From Octopus sinensis (lineage: Eukaryota): DNA of 64,000 nt. Location: the NCBI RefSeq assembly GCF_006345805.1, contig NC_043005.1, forward strand, positions 98,580,001 to 98,644,000, given 5' to 3'. The translations under genes were made by a program, and so were the position numbers. Shown one piece after another: positions 12,174 to 24,069 of this stretch (position 1 is its first letter; every line of letters starts with the position of its first letter). The notes beneath the pieces are model-generated. The model had not been told where the DNA came from and searched no databases. It worked only from the letters and a program-made list of their open reading frames with translations.

Positions 12174-12408
12174 TTAAGCCATTAGTGCCCATGGTCCCTT
12201 TTTTTTTTTTTTAACAGAAGGATAATCCATCTTATTTCTACAACACCTGTATTTTTCTGAGATATCTTTAGGTAGTCATCAAGACTGGAGTATCTTTCAA
12301 ATATTGTAATAAAATTTTTTTTATATATTTAGTATCAGATAAAGTTGTATAAAAAAAAGAATTTTGGTAATAAATTAAATAAAAAAAAGTTGGGCACTAA
12401 TGGGTTAA
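12174..12408. mobile_element. piggyBac-like MITE
   Basis: TTAA-GCCATTAGTGCCCA ... TGGGCACTAATGGG-TTAA: TIRs with TTAA target duplication. Confidence 0.7.
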
Positions 12409-13892
12409 TATCAGCAAGCTTCTTAAGAATAATATGAAGATCACAATATTTTATATTTTATATTTTATATTTACTCATTTATTTATTGTTTAAAATCTGA
12501 TGCTAAGTTAGAAATCAATATAGCATTTTTGCTGAAGTAATTTATAGGGATGGCGAAGCTATGAAACTCTTGTGTGTTGGTGAGTCTTTATTAATCAGTT
12601 GAATGTTATTTAGGGATATTTGTATATGTTGTGGCAGCATTGTCTTAGAAAATACTTTTTTAATATTATGGGGTGTAGGAAGGACAGTGGTACAGAGGTA
12701 AGCTGCCTATAAATCCAATTTACAGTTCTCGCTTTGATGCTTGATTTTTGCTTGATATGGCAAGAAAATTGAGCATCAAAGCTAAATCGAAAACTGGACT
12801 CATAAGTAGATAAGATTTTTTAATGAAATAGTTCACTCACCAAATCACTACAGTTGCCCTACCTCTTCTATTGCTGTGACAATGGTTTATTCTTTGAACT
12901 AGTAAGTTGTATACAACATCCTCCAAAATCCAAGCAAAGGACATGTATCTACTTCCCCCCCCCCTCTGTTTCACCCCGTTCTTTCTCACCTCCCTATTCC
13001 CAATCATTAATAGAGAGAACTACAACCTTCTGAAATTCACTCCCTGCCATTTTTTCTTGTCCTACAAATGTTCAAACTGAACGTGAATGAAATTGATATG
13101 AGCAGTTTGGTAGGGTTTGCACATGTTTAGATACTCTGTGTCTGTCTGTCTGTCTCTGTTTCTCTTTGACAAACTAATTATAAAAGACTATAGGACTACA
13201 GTGGGCTGTATTGAGATATTATACTCTCATAACCGAGTTAGAGTCTGCAGGATCAACCTGTTGTAGAAGCAGTGAACTAATATTTGGTGGTGTTTAGATT
13301 TGGAGCAGTTCAAGCTTGTAGATATAAAAATACAAAAATAGGAAAAAGTATACAAAGTTCAAAGTTATTTACTCTATTATCAATAAGCTACTTCAGAAAT
13401 GCTGTATTGATTTTTTCACTCAGCTTCAGACTTTTAAGAAAAGGAAAATGAAAATGTTGTGATGTACATGTTATTGTTAAGGACGTCAATGATATTAAAA
13501 CAGTGAAATAATATAACTTGTGATCAAAACTGGATCAGAACAACTTTATGTCATAGTACCTCTCAATAAAAACAACAAATCATTAAATATATAGGGTTAA
13601 AGGGACGGATCAAAATATTATTTAGATTATGACTAAAAAGTTGTGGGAAAAAATTGTTTTGGTAAATAAATGCAGATAAAGAGATCAGGGCATGGTTGGT
13701 TTCATACCTAAGGTTAAAATTAGGCGTGGCTGATAAATCAAATTGAAAGTATATGGCTAATTATGTCAGTGTCTTCCCTTCAAATGTGAGCAGCTGTTAT
13801 CGAGTGTTAGATGACTAAGTAAGAAATATTATACAGTTAGTGTATATAAATGTCAGTTCTCTTTGTCTCTGTCTCTCCCCTCATTCTATGTA

Positions 13893-13923
<31 letters not shown>

Positions 13924-14012
13924 GTCGTCCAACCCATGCTAGCATGGAAAATGGACGTTAAATGATGATGATATGAATATAAATTAAATTAGAGATAAAA
14001 CCACTATTAGGC

Positions 14013-14072
14013 AATATATATATATATATATATATATGTGAATATATATGTGTGTATATATATATATGAATA

Positions 14073-14119
<47 letters not shown>

Positions 14120-14140
14120 ATATATATGTATATATATATG

Positions 14141-14225
<85 letters not shown>

Positions 14226-14274
14226 ATATATATGTATATATATATATGTATATATATATGTATATATATATATG

Positions 14275-14320
<46 letters not shown>
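14013..14320. repeat. Long (TA)n/(TATATG)n microsatellite
   Basis: About 300 bp of TA dinucleotide with periodic TG. Source of the YI-repeat ORFs. Confidence 0.95.
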
Positions 14321-14322
<2 letters not shown>

Positions 14323-14555
14323 CTTTATTTAAAAGCAGCAGAAAATTCAACAAAACCTGTTACTCTGAGTTTCACGTTCCCATTTGTCGGACAGTTTTTG
14401 CTAGAAAAAACTGTCCGACGAACGGGAACGTGAAACTCAGAGTAACAGGTTTTGTTGAATTTTTCTGCTGCTTTTAAATAAAGCATATTACTCTATCCTT
14501 GGTATTTGAGTACTCTTTTTTCCACCTTGTTTCACATTTATGTGTTTACTGCGGT
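14323..14555. mobile_element. Fold-back Penelope-like non-autonomous element (77-bp arms 14323-14399 / 14406-14483 plus unpaired tail) with minimal hammerhead motifs
   Basis: Near-perfect inverted arms embedded in (TA)n. An older copy with the same tail lies at 60790-60990. Confidence 0.7.
14411..14448 (+). ncRNA. Minimal type I hammerhead ribozyme, U4C core variant
   Basis: CTGT(stem I)-CCGACGA-ACG[GGAA]CGT(stem II)-GAAA-CTCAGAG-TA-ACAG(stem I'). Near-palindromic stem III ACTCAGAGT; predicted cleavage after GUA (14444). Confidence 0.6.
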
Positions 14556-14589
14556 ATATATATATGTGCTTCATTTATATATATATATA

Positions 14590-14985
14590 CTAGCAGTATC
14601 GCCCGGCATTGCTCAGGTTTGTAAGGGAAATAACTATATAAGCATTTTTAGAGAGTTATAGCCAAAAAGTAGCAAAAAAATGCATCAAAAATGGAAAAAA
14701 AATGATGGTAAATTTTTTAAAAATCGTTGACTCATCGTAGACATTTTTAGAGAGTTACTTCCCTTATATAATAGCGAAAAAATGCATTAAAATGGAAAAA
14801 ATGAGGGTAAATTTTTTTTTAAATCGTAGACTCATCGTAGACGCGCGCTAATACCCAGAAGGGCTCGATATGAATCACGACTATAAGATACCCGGTTTTG
14901 GTTAAACTGCACTGCAAAATGTGGGAGTAGTTAGGAATCTAAATCGTAGGAGACAGACACACAACCTTACTTTTATATATAAAGA
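14590..14985 (-). mobile_element. Non-autonomous Helitron
   Basis: Minus strand starts TC(TTTATATATAAAAG) and ends CTAG, with a subterminal GC hairpin (cccggcattgctcagg, 14602-14617). Inserted in an AT context; has an internal ~110-bp imperfect duplication. Confidence 0.8.
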
Positions 14986-15069
14986 TATATATATACACAT
15001 GAGATATTACACACACACACACTCCTATATGTTATATAATCAATATCATTTGCTTTACATTTGTATTTC

Positions 15070-15780
15070 AGTGATTACCTGTGGGAAAAGAGTTAAAAGA
15101 AAAGGAGATGTGGAGGTGATTGTTGAGAGACATCTGAGAATCCTGAGAAAGTTGATTGCTGAATTAAACTGGAAGCTGAGAATGGCTTTATGGCCTAAGA
15201 GAATAAGATGGATGGTTTTACCAGGTGAGAAAACGTTGCTGGGAATCTGGATGATTTAGCTGTAGTGTCTATACCCTTTGAGGACCTGAAGCTCAAGAGA
15301 ATGCATGGCATGCACTCTATGGGAATTAGATAGGACTTTATATTGGATCAGGAAATTAACTCTGATGTCACCAGGGAAAGTGTTCAGTGAGTGATTAGGA
15401 AAAGTGACTGGAGTCACTCAATTGACCACTAAGCTGAGTGTACATGGAATGGGAGGGATGATGGTGGGTGAGAGCTGCAAGTGACTAGCAGTTGATATGA
15501 CACAGTATTGGTAAGGGTCGTATATTTCTGTGATTGATTGTGGACCAGGGAAACTAGCTTCAGAGAAGATAAGGGTGGAGACTGCAGTAAGAATTTCGAG
15601 GGTTCTGAATGAAATACTTTTTGAAAGGGGCCATTTAATGACGTGCTGATAAGCAACAGTACTGCATTTCGTTTAGAATTGTTGAAAGCTTCTTTAGAGT
15701 TGAGTATATACCGAATGGAATAATAGGAAAAAAAAAAGGCCAATTCTGACAGGTCAAGAGATGAGTACATCTCATAGTCA
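15070..15780 (+). mobile_element. Degenerate Ty3/gypsy pol fragment (RNase H end, integrase)
   Basis: Disrupted translation contains IVERHLRILRKLIAEL, H.MG.DRTLY, LAVDMTQY...SVIDCGPGK...VETAVRISRVLNEI.FERGPFNDVLISNSTAFR, recognisable as an integrase core. Confidence 0.6.
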
Positions 15781-17574
15781 TTGAAAATTTGCAAATTGGT
15801 GTAAGTGCATGTACATCAGAGGTTCTGATTTTGCTAATGGTTACCACATAGATGTAGTTAGCAATATTAGTGACATAGAGTAAGTGGCCTTGCTTCCTTG
15901 GTGACCCCAGCAAATGTATATTTACACAATCCACTGTAAGAGTAGCCATGTCTGCTGAAAAATGAAAAAGTGGAACCCATCTCAAGCATGAAGGTCACTC
16001 ACTTTGGTCTTTGAGTTGATTCAGTTTTCTGGTTGCTGTGGGGAAAGGCTTTTGCCTTTTGTCTTTTTTTCTTTCAGAGAAGTCCGATGTCTGCTGTATA
16101 TTTATTTATCAGATGCATACATATGGTTGTGTCAGTTTGCATTCGAAGTCTGTTTTGGGGAGTTTTCAATAGTAATTCATTGAAACATTTCCTTTTTGTG
16201 AAGTTTTATTGTTATTGACTCCTTTAATAAATTGCAGTCACTGTTTCTTATAACAGTCAAGTTGATGAGGGGGAGGGGGCTTAGCTTGTGTGTTTGGATG
16301 TATGTTTAGTTGTTATAGCATTTGTTTTTGTGCTTTCCTTTCTACTTTCCTTTGTTGTTGTGGGTGGAGGGCATTGAAATAGTTGGTGCTACCAAATATA
16401 TAACATCCAGGCCTTCTGACTTCCTCCTTATTCCAGACCTGATGGAACTTGATAATGGAACCCTATAAAGCTGGGAATTTTGTCCAGGTTTTCTAGACAA
16501 GGACCTTCAACCAAATTCTAGACCAATTCTCTTGTAGTGCTTTCTGATATTATCATACTGGTTTCTACAATACTAGTAATTTTTAGAGGTGGGGATTGGT
16601 TGATACTACTGACCCAATGTTACACTTGTACTTTATCCCACTGACCCTGAAAGGATGAGAGGCAAAGTTAACCCCAGTAGAAATTAAATTCAGAATGTAA
16701 CTACACAGAAGAAATTCAGCAAAAACATTTATTCTGGCACTTTAATGATTCTGCCAACTTACTGCTTTAAAACAATTGTTTCTAATTTGGGCAGCATTTT
16801 GAGGGAAGAATATTTGGCTGGTACTTACTTTATAGACCATGGAAAGTTGAAAGGTAAAGTTGACCTTGATGGGAATTGAAATTATTCTCTGTGCTACTAT
16901 TCTGTCAATTCATTGCTTGAGAAACTGAAACTAGTGAGGCACTAAACAATATTTATCATTGGTCATTAGCTCTAACTTCCTGGTAAGGGGTATCCATTTT
17001 CAGAGAAACGCATTGCATCATCCATCAGCTGTAATTTCCTAGATCATGAGGGAATTTGAATTCTACACTCGTCGATAATGCTGTGTTCCCGGTAGTAACA
17101 GATGTTAACTCTGTCTACAACACATACAACTAGATGTACTGCATTATCTTTGGATAACAGAAATAAATAATATTAAAAAAGTGCTGGTGACGTGTTCGAA
17201 CCTTCGATGTATAGGCTGAGCTCTTGTCTTATTGGTTATCGCAACTCACAAAAAGCAAGCTAAAGGAAAGAAATAAGAACGAATATATAAATCAGTAACT
17301 ATAGGAATATCAATGCTACCATCACTAAAACGAAAAACAGATTTGTCTATAGAACATACTGTTTACTTATGTAGGCCAACATGAAAGAAAAAGGCAAACT
17401 ATTTATTGGTATAGAAAATAAAGCGATTACAATTAGAAAAGAAAACCCTTAAAAAATAACAAAATAAAACCCATCTGATATTAATATGAGAGACAAGTAA
17501 ATAAACAAGCAGCATGACAGATGAAATCATTATGAAAGTGCGAGTCATGCCAGCTGTATTGATTCTAATATAAA

Positions 17575-17614
17575 ATTTGATTGGTTGGATCGCTGCGAAA
17601 CGAGCCAATCAAAT
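17575..17614. promoter_or_regulatory. RIC1 proximal promoter: two inverted CCAAT (NF-Y-type) boxes
   Basis: ATTTGATTGG (17575-17584) and CCAATCAAAT (17605-17614) are a perfect 10-bp inverted repeat about 100 bp upstream of the ATG, in a CpG-retaining stretch. Confidence 0.55.
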
Positions 17615-17716
17615 GAGTTTTCTTACAAGCAAGTTAGGTTCGTAGCTTAAATGGCTTCTCCTTCTTGTCATGAAGTTTAGGTATCGTCTGTTACGGTTTG
17701 GATTGCCAAATGCACA

Positions 17717-17857
17717 ATGTATTTCCCCCTGGGGTGGCCGAAATACCTGAAGCTAATACCCGATAAATCTTCATGTCCCCATTTCATTGCCAGCAACTGT
17801 AATCGTATGCTTTTTGCTGTGCTGTCAGAAAATACGCTGAGTATCTGGTACTGCCGG
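17717..17857 (+). CDS. RIC1: First coding exon of RIC1 (RAB6A guanine-nucleotide exchange factor subunit, KIAA1432/Rich), 47 codons, phase-0 intron follows
   Basis: Translation MYFPLGWPKYLKLIPDKSSCPHFIASNCNRMLFAVLSENTLSIWYCR matches the RIC1 N-terminus as I recall it (human MYFLSGWPKRL...FAVL...LSIWYSR). It ends at a canonical donor CGG|GTGAGT (17858-17863), followed by CT-rich intronic sequence. Confidence 0.9.
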
Positions 17858-19699
17858 GTGAGTAACACTCTCCCCCTCTCTCTTCATCTCTACATTCCTC
17901 TCTCCCCCTCTCTCTATTTCTTTATCGCTCTCTCTCTCTTTATTCTTCTCCGTTTGTTTTCACAACTTAACCTTCATTTTCCTAATTGCTTTAATGTGTT
18001 GATGTTGACTAGAATGGCCCTGTTGACAATCTCGTCTGCACCCTTCCCTTCTTTTTAGCTGTATTCCTTGAATAAAAATGGTTTCTTCCTTTATTTCGTG
18101 ACTTAAACCAGTAACGAATCCCGGAATGCTTCCATCCATTCCCTCTTCATATTTCCCTTTATACACATTTTCCCCTGTCTCTGTCCCTGTGTCACACACA
18201 CAACCGCCTCGTGTGTGTGTTTGGGTGAGACAATCAATTGGATATTGGATATTTCAATCAGGATCACTTTACCATTGAAATAAATTCATCGTATAAAGAT
18301 CATATTTGACACCGAGACACACGTTACACCAACAGGAACTCGTCCACATTATTTATATATACATAATATTTTATAAATAATATTATATATATATATAATA
18401 TTATATATATAATATTTTTACATAAAGAATCTTGCAAACCAGATACAAAGACGAAGTGTGTGTATATATATATGTATGTATATTTATACAAGCTCACATA
18501 ATATAAGACAGCTTGCCACGCCAATATTGATATTAAACAGATATATTTCTTATTCTTTCATTTCTTTTCTGTTTACAATGTGCCGGGCATTTTACGTATG
18601 AAAATACGTAAAATATAGATTTTGTTTTTGTCGAAATCCATTGTTTAATTATTTCGGGGTTATGATAAAAAAAAAAAAAAGGTTATTGTTTTGTGAAGTT
18701 GTTCCTTTTCTGGAGATGTGGGTGGTTGTCAGACTCTTTGGTCCCCACCGGAAGAGTTGACATTCTTACCAGCGATTCTGTGTGGAAACAGATATTGACG
18801 CAGATACGGAGGCATACAAAATACTCACACAGTTTAACACGTGTGATGCAAGTCTGGTATTCAGGTGACAGTTTAGCACCGCATTGTAACCACTTGAAAG
18901 AACATCCTACCAGGAACGAAATGCCCAATTCCAACCTCTCTATTTCCCGTCGCCCACTTGCCACCATGGCATGGAAGTAAACACAAATAATAACAAAGCA
19001 GCTGGAAGAGTCTTTTTTAGATCATTGTTTGGTCGCCACATATTTGTAAAACGCAGTCTCACACTCACACGTTCGCCCATACGCTCATAACTTACACGTC
19101 TACACAGTGTGCCTGAAGTGGTCGGTTTCGTGCTAAAACGAACAACTTGTCCTGGTCTTATCTCTCCCTCCCCATCCACATTACACCCCACATTCCTGGT
19201 GGTGTTCTGTAGTTGCTTGACTTGACAATCTGGATCAGCTGCTTTTATTAGAAAGAACAACGACCATGACTACGACCACAATGATAATATGGAAGCGGTA
19301 GCAGCATTAACAGGAGCAGTAACAATAATGATGGACATGAAGATAATGATTATTATTAATGAGGATTTAGATTTGATTCTAGAATGTAATACCGGTCATA
19401 AGTAAGGTGATAGTGCCTTCTGACAATGAAAAATTCGGGTATAAGATTAGATGGGGATAGTACAAAGGTTGAATACAATAGTCAACGAACAGTGGAGAGG
19501 ATTTACATCAATTGAAGGAGCGGAATCGACTATAACAATAGATATAATAAATAGCACTAAACAGCTGTGTAGGAAGATACCCCAAATGGAGGTGGGCAGC
19601 TGTAGAGGGTAATGTGGAACATCCCTCAGATTTTCTTAATACACAGAATGCAATTGTCTTTTCACGGTTTTTGAGACAGATCTACAGTCACATAGAGTA

Positions 19700-20415
19700 G
19701 ACCCATTTAACCATGCTAATTTCACCACTCTTACATGTTTTATGATTTACTGGGGGGGAAGCATCATCTTTCTAAAGTGGTACTTGAAGTTGATGAGGGC
19801 TTGGCATGAGAAGGATAACTCTGCTCTTAAAATGTTCAACAGCATCCATTACTCTCTTCTCTTTGTTATAACCATTAGTAAGATGAAAACTACCTGCTCT
19901 CTCTTGTTAAAAGAAGGTGGTTGGTTGATTGTCATAGTAAACTTGACTCCATCCTGCATGCCATAATATAACAACACAAATCAGCAATGCACAAATAGTG
20001 AACAAGAGTGTGTTGGACAATTTCATCACTCTGCACGTGTCTGTGATAGTTTTGGTTGTTTTCAGGGACATTTGCCTTTCAGCCCATTTCTGAGTGTAAC
20101 TGGTCACCTTGCTCACAAAAATTCTTCACCTGGAGATCTGATCTGCAGCAAGCCCCAGGCACCTTAACTGGGCCTGTGGTCCAGCAACAGAAAGCACTGT
20201 CCCACATGGACTTAGCTTTCCAAGTGTCAAACTACAAGCTCACTGATTTGTCCCAGGTAGTGCATGTTTCTATCACTTTCTGGTACTCTTACAGACTGGT
20301 TCCTACCATCTTGATTTCCAGTGTATCCAGCAATATGATGGTGACATCCTCTCCAGATACTGACATAGCTTTTCTGTGACTCAGTTGGAGTGGGGTTTCC
20401 CATCAATATCTCCAA
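19700..20415 (-). mobile_element. Ancient L1/Tx1-like LINE RT remnant
   Basis: Disrupted minus-strand peptides GPVKVPG...SDLQVK and TQKWAERQMSLK resemble the L1/Tx1 RT C-terminal region (YLG / W..R.LSL.GR). Confidence 0.45.
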
Positions 20416-22831
20416 AATAATGATGGTAATTTATTTTTAAAACATTATGATGTATTGCATAATTAAGTGCAATGGGCTCAGTTTAATTGACTGTTCCCAT
20501 CTCAAAAATTTGATCTTGTTCCTTAGAGTTTATATTTTTCGGGTGATGGATTGGCAGAAATGATTGTGTGCTGTAGTCAAGCAGTATTTACTTCTGTCTT
20601 TACACTATGTGTTCAAATTCTGCTATGGTTGATTTTGTTCTGTCTCTAAGGTTCTTAAACTAATTACAAGTCATTGATTCAATTGATTGTTACTTTCTTT
20701 TTATCCAAATTTGTGGCCTTGTGCCAAAGATAGAAATCATTAATTATATCAGTTATGAAAGTGGTGGAATTGTGCATCAGATTAAACTCTTTAGAATATT
20801 TAATTCTTCTTCTCTATGATCCAAGTTCAAAGGCCCATGGGGATACTGTTTGCTTTTCATCTTTCTCTGACAGATGAATTAAACACTGGAGTCATGAGTT
20901 TAATTCGTGTGTGGTGTTAACATCTTGTTACTGCTGAGTTGTCAAAACAAATACTAGTACAGGTACAACACAGACTTTCTGGTCACTGATGGTTTGGAAC
21001 CAAAAACTTAAAATTTCTGCAGCTACCAGACTTGTTTACTGGGCAGCCGTGTTTCACATTTACTTTATACAGGACAGTACTAATTAAACTTGTATCATTA
21101 ATATTAATGTTCAAGTACCTTTATCTCATTTAATTGAATAAATTTAATATTTGTTTTATCTTAGTGCTAACCATCCCTGATTCAGAAAAATCAGTTATCT
21201 AGAAAGGCTTTGGAACCAAAGTTTCTGGAAAATCAGTGTTGTATCTATGTCATATAATTCAGCTACATTCTTCTTCATCTCACTACATGCCTTTCAGTTG
21301 ACTAAATCCCTCCCCATTACAATTCTGTGGCCTTATTAATTAGAGTACTGGTGTTACAGAAACAGTAGAATGATGGATTAAATATTTTGTCATATATTTC
21401 TTTCACTTTTGGGTTCAAATCTAAGTGAGGTTGACATATTCATTCATCTCTCAATAAAATAGAAGCTAGTCTTGTAAATTCAATTGCTATATCCCCATCA
21501 TATCATATTTGTGGCATTGGATAGATAGTTATATGTAAATGCATAGGTATTCAGAATAATGGAAAGGGAAGACAGAATTATGGTATGAATGTTTCTTAAG
21601 AGAAGTCATTTTAAAGAATGAATGAGAATAATGGTAAAATACTTTTACGCTTTATAGAATTAGCTTTTTATTATGTTATTATTCTCAGAGATATTTACTC
21701 AGGAAAATTTTTTAATCCAAGTAATTCTTTCTTTCTTTTTTTTTTCACTGTTTAGCATTTTTCTGTATTTTTGCTAAATATGCATTATTTTCATTGCATT
21801 AGTCTAGCTGAAACTAAATAGACTTTACAATTCAGATAACAGTTATATTAGCTGAAATTAATTTCTTGAAACTGAACACATATCTAGTACCAAACGTATC
21901 TCCTGTTTATTACATCTACAAGAACTGGAGTGATAGTTCTGTCTTCCTTTAAGATTCTGTAGCTTCCTGTGAATGGAGGTTGAAAAAAAAAACAAACAAA
22001 AACACCCATGACCCTTTTCTCTGATTTATTTTCCTTCCCTCTCCCATGGAATTTTTTTTTTATATAATGTTACTCTCCTTCCCTAGGGCTATGTATATTC
22101 CATTTTTTTTTAATGAGGATTTTATTGTAAATTATCCGACTGTATTTCTCAACTGCATCCTGTATGAGATTTAATGTATATCAATAATTGAGAACCAACT
22201 AACTTGTGAAGAATGTTTTTTTATTTTTAACCACTTCAGTACTGTACAGCACATGGGTCCATCTACACCTGCTATGTTCAATGGTTTCTTTGGATATTGT
22301 TTTGGGCTTGCTTAAACAAGAAGTGATTGCTAGCCTCTGACTCAATCCTCATCTTTTCTTGAAGGAAAGGAACATTAAGAGTGCTCCCTCAAAACTCTAG
22401 TGCAGTGTAACTGATTCTGAGAGAAGAAGAATAATCAACTCTGGTACTTGACAGGTACTCTGTTTATCGACTCTGGAAGGATGAAAGCATAGTTGGCCTT
22501 GGTGGGGTTGGAACACAGAATACTAATACTGCTGTAAGGATTGTGCCAAATGACTTTTTTTATAAATGTTGTTATCTTCATCATCATAACATCTACTTTT
22601 CCATGCTTGCATGGTTCAGAGTAGATTCATTGAGGCTGGTTTTCTATGGCTGGATACCCTTCCTGTCACCAACCTTTACCTGTTTCCAAGTAAGATAATA
22701 TTTCTCCAAGGCTAAATATGTTTTCAGGGAATATTGGAAAAGCGGGATACCACTTGTATGATAAAGATGCTCATTTATATTGCATAATTTCCAGACAAGG
22801 GAAGACAAACACATACACACACATGCATACT

Positions 22832-22860
<29 letters not shown>

Positions 22861-22867
<7 letters not shown>

Positions 22868-23479
22868 CATATATGGGTACAGGATGTCACCAATGGTACA
22901 AAATACCATGAAATATGTAAACAAACGAGTAAAATATGTAAGCAACAAGAAAATAAATGGAAAACAGGACAAGTAAACACAGAGAAAGGACCCCCCCCCC
23001 CATCAGTTGTCGGCTGTCTCTCTACTCCTTATTTTGAACATTCAGCAACAATATGAGTCTTCAAAAACAGTTGCTCCGATAAATTCTAAAATAGAATTTA
23101 GGATTTGCGGAGGGTCAAAGTTGGGAACAAAAACATGACAGTGGAGACATACAAGGAAACTGAACGAAAACAAACATGGAGGGTTTGGTTTCCTTGTATG
23201 TCTCCACTGTCATGTTTTTGTTCCCAACTTTGACCCTCCATAAACCCTAAATTTTATTTTAGAATTTATGAGAACAACTGTCTTTGAAGATTCATATTGT
23301 TGTTGAATGCTGGAAATAAGGAGTAGATAGACAGCCAACACCTGATGATGGGTCCTTTCTCTGTGTTTACTTGTCCTGTTTTCCATTTTTTCTTGTTGTT
23401 TGTGTATTTAACTCGTTTGTTTACATATTTCATGTTATTTGCATCGTTGGTGACGTCCTGTACCCATATATGCATGTGT
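22861..23479. mobile_element. Large fold-back element (arms 22861-23160 / 23188-23479, 27-nt spacer), Penelope-like terminal repeat
   Basis: About 300-bp inverted arms (the ORF track shows mirrored peptides HMHIWVQDVTN...KTGQVNTEKGP), flanked by (CA)n and (TA)n. Confidence 0.8.
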
Positions 23480-23499
23480 ATATATATATATATATATAT

Positions 23500-23812
23500 A
23501 TCGTTACCAGCATCACCGAGCATGATCGTTACCAGCATCATCTTACTGGCACCTGTGCCGGTGGCATGTGTAAAAAGATTCAAGCGAGTTCATTGCCAGT
23601 ACAGCCTGACTGGCCCCCATGCCAGGGGCACGTAAAAGCACCCACTACACTCTTGAAGTGGTTAGCGTTAGGAAGGGCATCCAGCTGTAGAAACTTTGCC
23701 AGATCAAGTTTGGAGCCTGGTGCAGCCATTTGGTTCGCCAGCCCTCAGTCAAATTGTCCAACCCATGCTAGCATGGAAAGCAAGCATTAAACGATGATGA
23801 TGATGATGATGA
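23500..23812 (+). mobile_element. SINE family D
   Basis: ggcacgtaaaagcacccactacactc...aacccatgctagcatggaaagc...aaacgatgatgatgat. Confidence 0.8.
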
Positions 23813-24069
23813 TATGTATATGATGGGCTTATATCAATTTCCATCCACCAAATTGACTCATAAGGCTTTAGTTGGCCTGGTGTTATAGCAGGACTCTTGC
23901 CAAAGATGCCATACTGTGGGACTGCATCTGAACCCATGTGGTTGGAAAGCATACTTCTTCACCACACTGCCATGCCTGTGCCTCATTATACAAAAAAAGG
24001 AGTAGGTAGAAATTCCGTGTGGTGTATCCAGTATAAACTGTGATTGATCAAGAAGGGTGGCAGGATAAT

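Noticed and set aside
13958-14477. Five 94-133 aa ORFs rich in Y/I/H
   Set aside because: Translations of the (TA)n microsatellite.
17858-18058. C-terminal 66 aa of the 113-aa ORF at 17717
   Set aside because: Read-through past the GTGAGT donor into CT-rich intron; RIC1 similarity stops at IWYCR.
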